A stretch of 64,000 nucleotides of DNA from Eledone cirrhosa (GCA_964016885.1 OZ024753.1:18228001-18292000); one strand, 5' to 3'. Positions 27,184 through 40,845 are shown, counted from the first letter of the stretch. The notes: generated by a model from the letters alone, not told the origin. Numbers and translations: made by a program.

Positions 27184-27721
27184 ATCATTATGTTAGCTTT
27201 CTAAAATTCAAATTTAATGAATACAAAGTTAAAGGATTTACGAAACCCGAGAAACAGAGAAAATATATATATATTATGTTTCATATCACCACGAAGGTAA
27301 TCTTTATCAAAATTACTTATAATATTGACAACAGTTTCTATAATATAATTTATAAGATATTTATATTTATAACTATTACAGAATTTATTGTTACATGGTT
27401 TGAGTGCCTAAAGTATCAACCGGCCTTATAATTAAACTTAAAGAAGTCAGAATTTTCAACTATATATATGTGTTGATCATAATATACTAAGATAGTTTAT
27501 TATTTGTTCATATATTGTATTAAGTAAATGATTATATAAGTTCGACCTTCCAGGGAAAACCAAACACTTATAATAATACATAATGTAATTTGAGTGTTTA
27601 AATTATTTATAAATGTAACTACGATTATGATATTGCATTAGATAAAGATCTTTATAGAAACTATATATATATATAATTATAGGTATTAATGAAACGGTAT
27701 ACATTTAATATATGAACACAT

Positions 27722-27910
27722 AATTGTTTCTACTTTAGGCACAAGGCCTGCAATTACCCAGTGCATTACTGGGGTACTTTATTTTATCAACCCCGTAAGG
27801 TTGAAAGGCAAAGTCAACCTCGGCGGGATTTGAACTCAGATCGTAAAGGGACGTAACTATGCTGGAAAGCATGGCGTCCGACCCCCTACCGATGCTGCCA
27901 ATCCACCGCC
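27722..27910 (-). mobile_element. SINE family A, full length
   Basis: Complete head GGCGGTGGATTGGCAG; flanking duplication atatgaaca(c/a)ataat. Confidence 0.9.
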
Positions 27911-28220
27911 AATATATGAACAAATAATAAACTATAATCTTGGTATATTATGATCAACACATATATATAGTTTCTCATGTTCTCAATATTAGGGTATAAA
28001 TATTGAGTTTTGTCATGAGTTAATCACTACCTTGATTAAATATTAACCATCTACCATATCAGGGTATGTCATGAATCATGTTATTTTATCTGATGAGGAC
28101 GTACTGTTGCACTTAATTCAGTGCCTCTTAAATATGTATAATACAATATAATTGATCACAAGAATATCTATTTTGTTAATATTTTGAATTAATATTATAT
28201 ATAAATATATATATATATAT

Positions 28221-28252
<32 letters not shown>

Positions 28253-28299
28253 AATATATATATACACTATATATATATATATAAATACATATATCTATA

Positions 28300-28393
<94 letters not shown>

Positions 28394-28455
28394 CACTATA
28401 TATATATATACACTATATATAAATATAAATATAAATATATACAATATATATATAT

Positions 28456-28513
<58 letters not shown>

Positions 28514-28518
28514 TATAT

Positions 28519-28549
<31 letters not shown>

Positions 28550-28730
28550 GTATTAGTTATACTATTTATGGTTATGTTGGAGGAAACAGCTGTAAGCACA
28601 ATAATGTTTTGAACAGTTCTTTGATTCTTATATTTCATATATATATATATATATAAACTATATATATATATATATATATATATACACTCTCTCTCTATAT
28701 ATAAATATAAATATATATATATCTATATAC

Positions 28731-28911
28731 AACGAAGGAAATGTGGTAAGGAACCAGATGGACCCTGACGCAATACTTAGTAGAGTGGGTAATAGGAACG
28801 AGTAGCACCCCGACGGCTGAGCTCAAGCCGTTTCGACGGCTAACTCTTTTTTTTTAGTCCAGAATTAGCCGTCGAAACGGCTTGAGCTCAGCCGTCGGTG
28901 TCCTACTCGTT

Positions 28912-28915
<4 letters not shown>
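28731..28915. mobile_element. Short fold-back (28793-28846 / 28861-28915) of a family also at 19655-19710 and 57260-57406
   Basis: Shared gtggtaag..a.atggacc..acg head; GAAA-cggct..agccg-TC half-HHR. Confidence 0.7.
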
Positions 28916-28996
<81 letters not shown>

Positions 28997-29001
<5 letters not shown>

Positions 29002-30890
29002 TGAACGGGAACAAAACAGAGAGGCAGTACGAACAAAGGTTTATTAGTTTCACGCTCTTGAGAGTGGGGTGGTGGTGGGGAACGACGTTTCGGGCATAAG
29101 CCCTTCTTCATGTGAAAAGTGTGTGTGAAGAGAGTTCCAAGGGTGTGTAGGGGAGTGGTGGAGAGACATATAGAAAAAAGGGTGTGAGAGGAAACGGTAC
29201 AAATGAAATTAAATATAAAAGCATGATAAAAATAAAAATAAAACAACACATGAAGTAAAACAGGTGGTGGAAGGGTGTGGGGCGTGTAGGGGTGGTGGCG
29301 GGTGGAGTGGGGAGAGGGAGGTGAGGTGTCCGAGCGGGGAGGGCTGAAGGTGGTGTGTGTGTGTAGGTGTACGAGTGTGTGTGTGTGTATGTGAAAGTAA
29401 CAGTTGGGGGAAGAACGGGGTTGCATGTTCAGGAAGAGGTGTGTGTGGGGTGGGGTGTAGGTCGGAGTGTGTGTGCCTGTGTGGATGGAGGGGTGGGGGA
29501 GAGGATTTCGGAGGCTGAATGTGTAAATATGTGGTGGTACGCACGTTGCTGTGTGGTGTTTATGCGTGTTGTGGATGTAGGTGGCGTGTAGGGAAAAACA
29601 TTTTTTGGGGTCTATGTCAGTGAGTGAGTCCTTAAGTTAGTTCCGTAGACGATGTGATGAAATGCTGAGTAATATCCTTGGGATGTGGTGGATTCTAGGG
29701 ATCGATGTTCACATATGTGTAATCCGTGAAGAGATTGGTCGGAAGAGGGGAGATATGGGGTGCGCGCGCAACAGGAAGTGGTCAGAGGGCAAGGCAGGAT
29801 GAGGGTTGTGTGTCTGTGTGGACGGGGAGGTGGTCAGAGATAAGGGCATAGCCTCAGTAGGGTAGAATGGTAAGTGAAGAAAGTCGGTGTGTCATTGTGT
29901 GCGGAGGTGCGGTGGACAGGGGAGAGGATGGGTAGGTGTGAAAGTTGGAGTGAAAGGGTGTGTGTGTGTATTAGTAGAGGTGTTAGTGGGATGTGTGTGT
30001 GTGTGAGAAAAGGTGTGGGTGGAGTGGGGAGAGAAGGGTGTGGGGGGCCGATGGAGGGAGTGTAGTGTACTGGTGTGTGTGTGCGTGTTTCGATGAGTGT
30101 GTGTGGTGAAGGGGGTGTTAGTGGGTGTTAGTATACTGGAGGTGTAGAAAGGGTTGAATGCGTGTGTGAGTGGGGGTCAGTGGTGGTAGGGTGTGTAGAG
30201 TGGGTGGGGTAAGAGGGTGTGTGTGTTCGTGTGCGTAGGGTTGGGGGGTGTTAGTGATGTTAGTTGCAGGGTGGTGGGGTGGACGTGTGGGGGTGAGGGT
30301 TAGTGGTGGTAGTAGGGTGAGTGTTTAGTGGGAGCGCGTGTATATATGTACCGGTGGGTGTATGCGTGTGATAAGGAGGGGAGAGAAGAAGGGAGGGATG
30401 TTAGTATGTTAGTTGGGGAAGAGTGGTCGGGTGTGTGGTGGAGGTGTTAGTATTGTTAGTTGTGGAGTGGGCGGTGAAAAGGAGGGGTGTGTTAGTGGTG
30501 TTAGTCGGGGATATGTATGGGGATAGGAGGGCGGTCGAAGGCTGAAGGAATAAGGGTGGGGAGTTCAGGCCGGGGGGAGTGTGGGTATGTAGGGTGAAGA
30601 TGGTTCGTTGTTCGACACTGAGGACAGTGGCGGGTGTTCCGTGGCATTTGAGTAAGCCACAGACTGTGAGGTGGTGTGCGGAAGGTCCAGGGGCACCAAA
30701 GTGACGGGCGATGGGGGAACTACCACCGAGACGAATATCTTGGAGGTGTTCAGTACACCTGTCCGCCAGGCGACGTCCTGTCTGTCCGAAGTGCTCAGAC
30801 TATGTTGGAGGAGGTTCAGCGGAAGGCATGCCGGACAGAGAGAGAGAGTGGCCGTTGGGACCCTGGAAGGCCCTGGGTGGTGGTGGAACA
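28997..30890 (-). mobile_element. 3' part of a Neptune-like PLE: GIY-YIG, ~1.4 kb C/CA-rich 3' region, HHR-like motif at 29080-29116
   Basis: GIY-YIG peptide at 30540-30793; aTGAAGA-a-gggc/gccc-GAAA-cgtcg-TT. Confidence 0.75.
30540..30793 (-). pseudogene. Neptune-like GIY-YIG fragment (not in the ORF track)
   Basis: HFGQTGRRLADRCTEHLQDIRLGGSSPIARHF...EQRTIFTLHTHTPPGLN. Confidence 0.85.
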
Positions 30891-30899
30891 AACTATAAC

Positions 30900-31460
30900 A
30901 CAGCAGGGGGTAAACTTTCAAAACAACGTAATACCTGCAAACCCTGATATCAATAGTAATAATAGTAATGTCACTAATGAAACCGATAACATTGGGAGCG
31001 ACTACCCCCATAGCCATAATGCAATACCTAGCAACCCGACTTCTACACAACATAATAGCCGGCAGGTTAACATCCAAAATAGTTGTAACTGTAGATCTAA
31101 TAGAACCTGCCCTTTAGATAAAAACTGCTTAATCAACTTAATCTACTCATGCACGGTCAGAACTACCAACTCTTCTGAAACCTATATAGGCTCTACTTCA
31201 AACTGCTTCAAAACTAGATACAATTCACATCTCCATTCTTTCAAAAAACACAGTCTAGACAACTCCACTTCACTATCTAGCTACATACACTATCTGAAAA
31301 CTAAAAATAGATAATATACACTCCAATGGGAAGTGATATGTAAGGCGGCATCGTACAGACCACCTAATACATTATGTAACCTCTGTCTACTAGAGACCCA
31401 TACTATAATCTTCTCGAACCTTAACAACCTTAATAAAAAATCGGAGTGTTTGCGTCGTGC
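30900..31460 (+). pseudogene. Naiad-like PLE linker and GIY-YIG
   Basis: SCNCRSNRTCPLDKNC..LIYSCTV..TYIGSTSNCFKTRYNSHLHSF..STSLSSYI..*YTLQWEVI..CNLCLLE..LNKKSE. Confidence 0.9.
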
Positions 31461-32994
31461 CAGCACCACTCCCGGCACTCCTTCCAAAACTTTAAACCCA
31501 ATATATAACAATGTCAGACTTGAACCCATCACCGCTTCTAACATCACACCTCAAGTGCCTTACACCACTACACCACACTATCTGATCCAACCTTCCCTCG
31601 ACACAAATCATTCTATCTATCTAGAAATATCCTAGAAATATCCTAGAAATATCCCCATAAACACCAACTTTTAATATAATTACTTTCAATTACTTATAAT
31701 TATATAGTGATAGAAATATAATAAAGTCTATATAAACTTTAAATACTAGATACGGCAGTGAATTATATATGCAATTGTAATTAAATGTATGGAGTAATAA
31801 CATTAGATATATATAAGATTAATTTATTAACATAAGGGATGTCTAACTTATATGTAGGGTGGTGCAATGAATTATATATGAATTATATATGCATATATAA
31901 CTTGATGGATAGATTAATGACATTGTAAATGAGGGATGTATTTGTCTACCCAAGAGTTGTATTTGGTTTTGTCATGCAAACAGCCATACGCTGCTCCACA
32001 ACTTACCAGGGGTTATGTAGACAAAATTCTAATAGGTCTTCTGATATGTTTTTAGAGTAGACTGTATTTACAGTAAACTTTGATATAAAGATATGGCACT
32101 TTACATAGAAAATTCAATTATACCACTATATAATAAAGAGTAATCAACTTCCTATAGATACCTTTAATACATTATGATAGAGTAGACTGTATTTAAAATT
32201 GAAAATTCGATATAAATATATAACCTTTTATATAAGGGACTCAATTGAGGCACCATGTAATGTATGTTAGAACAATGAATTTAGTTATGAGAATCAGCTA
32301 GTTATCTCCCCTTACGCATTAACTCCCCTTAGTTATACACCTACTTCTGGGTAATAAACCACAGTAAGTTCTCGCAGCGGAAAGAACTTATTCTATAAAT
32401 ATGGATTAAATAACACTGAGCCTCAATACGCTACAATAATTTAATGCATCAAACATTCAATACGGAATCATCGTAACTTATGTGATGGATGTAAAAACGA
32501 TAATTCATTTTTCTGAATGTGAACATTGTGGTGGATGCGAAAACTATGACTTTCTTCTTCTTTTTCTTTTTCTTTCTCTTTTTCTGTACACATACTTTTT
32601 TATCTATACAAAAAATACCCACCCTCCCACTGCAACAACCATATTACTCTTGCTTACCCGCTTAAAGTGTTTGCATTACATGTAACACCTTGCCACACAA
32701 TAATCGTATATAAATGAGACACACTTGCATGTTCCATGTGCAACTAACGCATACACTATCTACTAGATCTCACTATCAAACTATCCTCTTGCATTGTCTG
32801 TGTTATCTGCCGCATGTATTTTAATTTTGATTTTAATTTTAATTTTGTTTTGATTTTGATTTTGAATTTGAATTGCTGTACAAATATAGTATAGTATAAT
32901 ATATGTGACTCCACTGTACATCAATATATATATATGCATCTGTATGTCTCTTGCGTTGGATAGGAGGCCAAGTATATGTACAAACATTGAAAAA

Positions 32995-33041
32995 TGCTCA
33001 GAAGACTCGAAGCCTAGATTTGGATGAAACAATTGTAAGTG
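32995..33041 (+). ncRNA. Decayed HHR, probably in the 3' pLTR of the 30.9 kb element
   Basis: gct-CAGAAGA-..-GAAA-caattg-TA-agt followed by aataaa; U4A change. Confidence 0.5.
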
Positions 33042-33069
33042 AATAAATGCTTTGAACATAGCTTTGATT

Positions 33070-33077
<8 letters not shown>

Positions 33078-33139
<62 letters not shown>

Positions 33140-33269
33140 TATATATATATATACCCTATATATATAAATATATATATATATACCCTATATATATAAATAT
33201 ATATATTTATATATATACCCTATATATATAAATATATATATATACTATATATATATATATATAAATATA

Positions 33270-33300
<31 letters not shown>

Positions 33301-33432
33301 CTATATATATATATACTATATATATATATATATGAATATATATATATTATATATATATATACTAGATATATACTATATATATACTATATATATATATATA
33401 TATAAATATATATATATACTATATATATATAT

Positions 33433-33508
<76 letters not shown>

Positions 33509-33527
33509 TATATATATATACACTATA
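33078..33527. repeat. (CT)n/(TA)n microsatellite
   Basis: Direct reading. Confidence 0.95.
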
Positions 33528-33718
33528 ATACCCCCACTCCTCACTGATTAACCTCGGTGTCACGTGATTGATTCTTTTGAATTTGCCACCGACCGAGGAG
33601 GCAGTGATTTTTTCAATGTCTTGGAATTTAGTCCACGCTTGATTTTTTCCATCCACTGAATTATTTTTGTATAAGTTCCCTGTGTCCACGCATCGCCTGG
33701 TAACTTAGCTGAGAACAG

Positions 33719-33801
33719 ACTTCCTGAAGACGAAACGGCTTCTCCATGCTTTCCATTTGTAAACCATCTTTATTCCCTTTCAGAAAGTAATTAACTGGAG
33801 T
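33719..33801 (+). ncRNA. HHR-like motif with extended loop II
   Basis: acttc-CTGAAGA-c-gaaacgg...ccctttc-a-GAAA-gtaattaa-ct-ggagt; helix III and cleavage site imperfect. Confidence 0.5.
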
Positions 33802-33849
33802 AAAATTTTAGTAAGTAAGTTAATTTTCATAATTTTCTTATTTTACGTC

Positions 33850-33903
<54 letters not shown>

Positions 33904-33904
33904 G

Positions 33905-33985
<81 letters not shown>

Positions 33986-34025
33986 TATATATATATATAT
34001 ATATATATACACTATATATATACAC

Positions 34026-34060
<35 letters not shown>

Positions 34061-34199
34061 TCACTTAACTGTTTCTCAACAATTAAGTGAAAGATACGAT
34101 TCCTGTGCTCTTCTGCAGGTATCCAGAAATTGGTACCTTCCACTTCAGAATACTTACTATTTTAATTGTACGCTATCTAGTTATTTTATTTTATTATTG

Positions 34200-34440
34200 A
34201 TATTATTGTTCTGGTTTAAAACCACACTTATATAAAAACCATGCCTTATGTATTTTCTTCATTGCACCCGCTCCGATGAAACAGACTGTTTATAAACAAA
34301 GTATTGGAGATTGATTGGCGCAAAATCAAGCGTTTAGCGAACTCTAGACCGGCCAGATCAAAGAAACAATTGGCAGCAACGTGAATAAAGCCCTTATTGT
34401 ATAACGAACCATGTCACTCTTCTTTCTTGAATTATTATTA
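34200..34440 (+). mobile_element. HHR-bearing pLTR-like repeat (family of 61500-61740); decayed HHR at 34270-34377
   Basis: Shared gtattggagat..atcaagcg.ttag.gaactctagacc..gaaacaattg..aataaagcccttattg. Confidence 0.65.
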
Positions 34441-34619
34441 CTCCAAGTATAAACTACATAAAAATCACCGCGAACTCGAAACATCTCTATGGAAACGTCT
34501 TGTTGAGTCAAACTAAGCCACACGTTAATAATATCGACTATGCACGAACTACTCCAACTGGACTACATCTAAGTGGACTGCCATAACGATAACCTGTTAT
34601 CCCGTATATATATATATAA

Positions 34620-34934
34620 ATATATATGTAAAGTTATATTTAAAATTGTTGGGTTACAACTAGTAAATATTTATAACTGATATAAAAGCACTCGACAAAT
34701 ATTTGGAGTATATTTACAATATTAAATAAATGGAAAACTATATTTATAAAACCATATCTATTTCATTATATATATTTCGGGGATATCATATTAACAATAT
34801 GCTATGCCTTCATCATACAAAATACAACATAAACAGTTTTATAGATAAATATATTCGACATATTGTTAATATGATATCCCCGAAATATATATAATGAAAT
34901 AGATATGGTTTTATAAATATAGTTTTCCATTTAT

Positions 34935-34942
<8 letters not shown>
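34620..34942. mobile_element. Fold-back remnant of a pLTR related to the 41 kb Naiad-like element
   Basis: 34718-34800 is the reverse complement of 34860-34942; gaaatatatataatgaaata..ggttttataaatatagttt. Confidence 0.8.
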
Positions 34943-35005
<63 letters not shown>

Positions 35006-35010
<5 letters not shown>

Positions 35011-35273
35011 ATGTAATAAACAACATAAGATAATTCTTTCATTTACCAGTGGTTTCTTGAAAGCTAACAAATCTGCTTTCAGTCATCAGAATGAAAACAT
35101 CCTGGTGTTTTTATTGAAAGTGAATTTGAAAACCTCTTTTTCTTGTTTTCAAATCCACTTTCAATAAAAAACACCAGGATTTTTTCATTCTGATAACTGA
35201 AAGCAAATTTGTTTGCTTTCAAGAAACCACTGGTAAATGAAATAATTATATTATGTTGTTTATTACATTACTA
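35006..35273. mobile_element. Palindromic element (~125 bp arms, ~14 nt spacer) with an HHR in each arm
   Basis: 35006-35132 is the reverse complement of 35147-35273. Confidence 0.9.
35037..35096 (-). ncRNA. Type I HHR with canonical core
   Basis: tttcatt-CTGATGA-c-tgaaagc/gctttca-a-GAAA-ccactgg-TA-aatgaaa; the plus-arm copy has G8A. Confidence 0.85.
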
Positions 35274-35343
35274 TTAAGCTCTGTAACCTACATATATATA
35301 TACACATACATACATACATATATACATATATACATACATGTAT

Positions 35344-35943
35344 GGTGGCTGCCAACTCGTTTTCGAGTACGGCCACTACTGTATATCCATGTAGGAGAAC
35401 CCCTACCGATGCGCTGAACGAGTCTGACTTTTTAGTCCAGCCAGCGACTTGAAAACACTGGTACAGACACTACACTTGTGACAATCATTGACACATAGTG
35501 CTGGGCCCATGGTACAATGTGACGACGAGTGCAGAGAGATATCCAGATATAAAGCAATGCCTGTGCCGTGAAGCTTTTATAGTGAGCAAAGGCACTGCAC
35601 AAAGCCAGTCCCACTCTCTTAACCAAGATGATATTTACCAAAAAGAAGAACAAGTCAACATCATTGGATACCATCAGGGTTGCAGGTGTTATATCCGAGT
35701 TTTCCTTCTCCTAGAATTCTGCCTTGACAAAGGCTAAAGAGTCATCTCTCCCGGTGATTTTGGATGGCCATTGACTCTTAAGAGCTCCTTTGCCCTTTGA
35801 CAGGTTTTGTTTTCAGTCCTGCATAATGTCCAAAGTCACCCTCCTCACCAAGAAACCTTGGTGGGGTTGCCAGTTTAGTCGCCGACCATTGGACAGGTTG
35901 TACTGGGATACATGTTACCAGTAGCACCAACTGGTGACCTGAC
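35344..35943 (-). mobile_element. Second copy of the 12693-13300 repeat
   Basis: High identity and same ends; flanked by (TACA)n. Confidence 0.85.
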
Positions 35944-36752
35944 ATATGTATGTATGTATACATACATGTATACATACATACGTACATACATACATACATA
36001 CATACATACATACATACATACATACATACATACATACATGCATATATACATACATACATGCATATTTATGACATTACTGTTATAATACACAGAATAGAAG
36101 GTTACCATATATGGTAATTATATTGAACATAAGTTCACCGTTAGTTAAACTTAAATTATTTCCCCAAGCCTGAAGTAATGCTCAACAATCATTTTAAGAA
36201 TTTTCTTATAATAGAATATGAGCGTCAGCATATATACCTAATCCTTCTAGATTTTAATGGAATATCACTCACTAGTTTTCTTATGGTATTCCAATCTATA
36301 TCTGAAGTGTATGATTCTAATATATTTTATTTCTCATAAAATGTACAGCATGGCTGGTAATTTAAACCAATTTTATCTCAGATGCGCTGATTTGAATAAA
36401 CTTTCACCATACAATTTATTACGCTTTCAAAGAGAACCACGTTATGAAGATTAATTTAGCAATTCCAAGTATAACTTGGTTCGTTGTGGACATAAATTAC
36501 CATTGGTACCTGTATATCCTCTTTGGATATGATCTGAAATCAATAGATATGACCGAGGAACCTGCGGGTCTACAGTCAGCTAGATCCACACAAGGATCGC
36601 ACCTCGAGCTGTTCGCCGGGAAAACAATTGTAACACTCAATAAATTGAGTTCAGATGCATCACTGATTTTTCGTTTTCCAATCTATAACACTCTGCTCCG
36701 TAGGAGCATAGAGACTGCTCAACCGGCATACAACCTATGGAAGCTACCATTA

Positions 36753-36932
<180 letters not shown>

Positions 36933-36944
36933 ATATATATACAT

Positions 36945-37500
36945 AACGGCGAAGAATTAGTTTTGCGATGTTTTTGATATGAAATCGTGTGTCGAAACAA
37001 ATATTGTTGTACTTGGGGAGGGTCATATTTGTGTAATATTGCCAGAATTAATAACAGAACACACTCACTGTTTGGTTGGTTTTCACTTTTCGCTTCTGTG
37101 TCTTTTATATCGGTAGTTTAATTTATTCGGTCCTCAATGTTGCCATTGACTGACCAACGGTCAAAAATACAGATACAATATAGACACAGACACATATATA
37201 TAGTTTATCAAAGTTCTTTCGTTGCACATCTGCAACATCGTCAGTGGTGCTAGTGTTTCCTCCTGTTGCATTGTATTTTCTACGCCATCTTTATTTAGTC
37301 TGTTTATATATTTATTTATTTGTTTATTTTATTCTGTCTTCTTTGCGCATGCGTTTGCGTGTGTGTATAGTGTTTTGTTTGATGTGTTCGTGAGTGGGTG
37401 ACTATGTATTGGTTAATGTATTCTATCTTTACTAGTGTGTGTTTATATGTGTTTGTTGTTATTGTGCTTGTGTATGTATTTATTTATTTATTTATCTATT
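36945..37500 (-). mobile_element. Diverged relative of the 1-935 PLE 3' end, HHR at 37207-37248
   Basis: acca-CTGACGA-t-gttgca/tgcaac-GAAA-gaac-TT-tgat; gcgcatgcg motif and terminus gggagggtcat shared. Confidence 0.75.
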
Positions 37501-37917
37501 TATTTATGTATACTTATCTTAGGTCAGTTTTTTTGTTTTCTGGCAATGAAAGGAAAAAACGAAGATAATGCGTCATATGTGGAGCGGGAGGAATAATTGC
37601 ACGCAAAGACAAAACCACGTAAATGGTATAACTGAAGTCGTAGACTAAAATTCTAACTAGGAAACCGAATGTTTCTCGGCTTCAGAGTTAAGAATAAAGT
37701 AAATAAAATACAGAAGTTATTGAAATTAAATAAATACGTACACGCATCCATATACGTACATACACAATCATACGCGAAAACACTTCCCATAGGTATACAA
37801 ATACACGCACGTAAACCAAAAGAAAAAAAAATTCCGAACGCACATACATAACCCACACAACGCCTGTACCACTCATACGAATGTATACACCAAATACACA
37901 TAAATATATATATAAAA

Positions 37918-37952
<35 letters not shown>

Positions 37953-38339
37953 CGTGTATACATATAATTAAATAAACGTATATGAATAAATAAATACGTA
38001 TATAGCAAGCGCACACACATACCTACATCTAAATATACATGTTCGGAGATGAGTGTCAACGAAAACACAAAGTACACATATATACACACCCTACATACGT
38101 ACGAACCCGCATACTCACACAGACGCAAAACTCACGTATACACATAACCAAAAGCATATGTACCAGAATATAAAAATATATACGTCATAGCATATACAAT
38201 TAAATATACGTACGAGAAAGTATACGTAACTTCACACAACATACAGGTAATATATACGTACCTATACAAATAAGTAATAGTATAAACATAACATATATTT
38301 AGCTACCACATCATGACGTAAAATATCCGTACTATCCGT

Positions 38340-39100
38340 TAGGGTATAATGTGGGGCAGTAATACAGGAAAGTTTTGTGCAATTTATGTTTACAAGCCGA
38401 AATTGCCTCAGATCTTTTGTTTAAGGTGGGGTCTTTGGCGTAGAGTATTTCCAGGGCCTCAGTGGTGCAGAGGTCACATAGTCTTTTATTCCCGTTTTAC
38501 GATCTAGCCCTAGCTAGGATCTCCCACTGTAACTTATATTGGGTGTGGTTGTCTTTTAAACTCCAGATATAAGCTGAAAGTACGTCAAATTCCTTCTTAA
38601 AGGGTAACAAAAAGAATGGGTATCCATGTAAAGACGCTGCTTGAATCTATTGGCGGTTAACCCTATGTAGGCCCCACGTAACGTGGTTGTTTCAACCTTG
38701 CAGTTGTAGACAATGTTACTAGAGAGGCATTTCCCGGATAGGGAGCAGTCAACCCGATTCCTACAATTACAGTTAGTACTAACTACAGTGTTGCACGTGT
38801 TCCAAGGGCTATGTAGTTTAGCTAAATTTGAAGCTGTGATGTTATGTGCAAGGTTAGGAGTCGTAGAGTAAGACATTTTAATAGTATTTCTATTAAACAT
38901 TTTACTCTATTTATGTGTAGAGGGAAATGCTTCATAATAAGGGAGAGAAAGATTTTAGCTATCTTTTATACCATAAACGTGGTTTTGTCTTTGTGTGTAA
39001 TTGTTTTTCACTGCTCCAAATAATGACGTATTATATTCGTTTTTTTCCGTTCTTTGCCAGGGAACGTTTCCACGAACGAAAGTTTCGTCTTTCTGTCTTC
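38340..39100 (-). pseudogene. Naiad-like PLE thumb/linker/GIY-YIG fragment
   Basis: MFNRNTIKMSYSTTPNL..NCNCRNRVDCSLSGKC..NIVYNCKV..YIGLTANRFKQRL..; QWEILARA..CDLCTTEALEI. Confidence 0.9.
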
Positions 39101-39420
39101 CTCCGGATGCAACGTTTTCTGAAATATTCACTTCTGCGTTCACAGATTGACTTTGTTCGTTTCAAAGATCGCGTTAAGGGTGAAAGCAGCGATTCTTTGC
39201 TTAAACTTTAATCTGTTATTTTAATAAATATTTGCTCTACGGTTCTTATATATTTGATATATATGTATCCTTATCGAGCCCTCTTTGGATTTTAGTCTAC
39301 AAATTTATTATTATTACTATTATTATTATTAAGCATGGCCTCAGCCGGATGGCTGAAACAGGTAAAACAGGTAAAAGAGTAAAAGAGTAATTTATATATA
39401 TATATATAAATATATGTGAA

Positions 39421-39532
39421 GGCGTGTGGCTGAGTGGTTAGAGAATTGGATTCACAATCTTGAGGTTGTGAGTTCGATTTCTGGACCAGGCGATGCGTTA
39501 TGTCCTTGAGCAAGACACTTTATTTCACGTTA
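39421..39532 (+). mobile_element. tRNA-derived SINE head (family B, CORE-like domain)
   Basis: A box TGGCTGAGTGG, B box GAGTTCGATTTC, then gtccttgagcaagacactt. Confidence 0.8.
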
Positions 39533-39639
39533 TTCCTTCTACATGGAGTTGCGACCGATAGATAGTATTAGCAACTGGAAAGACCGACGGAACATTGTTT
39601 CCTCGGTCCGATTTGACGAAAGTCGATCGCTAAGGATAT

Positions 39640-39782
39640 ATATATGTAAGTAGTAACACAACAGTTAGTTCACCATACCGAGAACAATTGTTTCACCTCA
39701 TGTGGATCGTCAGCTCGTTCTGAGGATCCACATAAGGTAAAACATTTGGTCTGGGTATGGTAAACTAACTGTTGTGTTACTA

Positions 39783-39830
<48 letters not shown>

Positions 39831-40790
39831 TTACTCTCCCACTATCTACAACAGCAATAAGAAAAGAAAGCGCAACAATAGACAAACTATCTGGTTCTCT
39901 CCTCCCTTCTCACTCAACGTTAAAACTGATGTAGGCAAAAGATTTCTAGCCCTCTTAGATAGACACTTTCCCTTAGGTCATATATAGCGCTCCATCCTTA
40001 ACCGAGACAAAGTAAAACTAGGATACTCCTGCGCTAAGAACATGAATGCCCACATCACCAGCAGCCCTAGGAGCAACCCCCACCAGGGTGCTCTTGCCGT
40101 AAGCCCGAAGCTTGCCCCCCTTCAACGGCAATGCAACACACCAACTGTAATTTCTGAAGCTGTGGTCACATCCAACCGACCAAACCAACCACAGGCGGTC
40201 AAATCCTATGTGGGCATGGCTGATTTAAGGGACGTTTCCTGAACCATCAGTCGACCTTTAGGTACCCGGACAGACGTTCATCCACGAAACTCCAGAGCCA
40301 CGTATGTTCCCTCAAGGACTCAAGTATAGACTACTCCATTCAATGGAAAGCCATCACTAAGTCCAAGCCATACGCAAGGGTAAATCCGTCGTGTGGACTG
40401 TGTATTGACGAACGAATAAATATTCTAAAGAGATTATGCAATAGTGATTGCCTAAACACGAGAAATGAATTGTTCACACGTTGTCCACACGTCTCGAAAC
40501 ACCTATTGCATAACTACAAAGCTCCGGATTGAATGAATTATTGTAAAAACATCAATATTTTTCTTATCAACTAAAACTTTTCGGACTTTCGTAGTTATCT
40601 CCCTTACACCTCTCGCACGCATTTATTATTACCTGTGTGAAGTGACGGGTTTCTGCGCATGCGCGTTCGTACGGTTGTCCTTCCAGTTCCGTATAACCAT
40701 GCCCATTACGAGCTGAGGATCCGCTAAAGTGAAACAATTGTTTCTTGGTATGGTGAACTAACTGTTGTGTAACCACTTCTACATAACTCA
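39640..40790 (+). mobile_element. Truncated Naiad-like PLE with inverted plus direct pLTR at the 5' side and a pLTR at the 3' side
   Basis: 39645-39717 (minus) and 39719-39787 (plus) match 40709-40785; HHR cgag-CTGACGA..GAAA-caattg-TT-ctcg at 39679-39717 (minus). Confidence 0.85.
39830..40532 (+). pseudogene. Naiad-like thumb and GIY-YIG
   Basis: [26 protein letters not shown]..; CSCRKPEACPLQRQC; SYVGM; FKGRFLNHQSTF..QWKAI..CGLCIDE..LNTRNELFTRCPH. Confidence 0.9.
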
Positions 40791-40845
40791 TCCCATGGAC
40801 TGAGTGCTCTACCACTACGGATATTACCATCCAGTGTTCCAACAC

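Larger units (their letters stand above)
26400..28196. mobile_element. Fold-back element (arms ~26400-26625 and ~27985-28196) with HHRs at 26462-26528 (minus) and 28082-28148 (plus)
   Basis: Reverse-complement arms; inner inverted repeat 27458-27512 / 27914-27972; family relative with intact HHR at 49517. Confidence 0.8.

Noticed and set aside
30000-30510. Telomeric repeat array
   Set aside because: Only scattered gttag/ttagt words with no tandem TTAGGG
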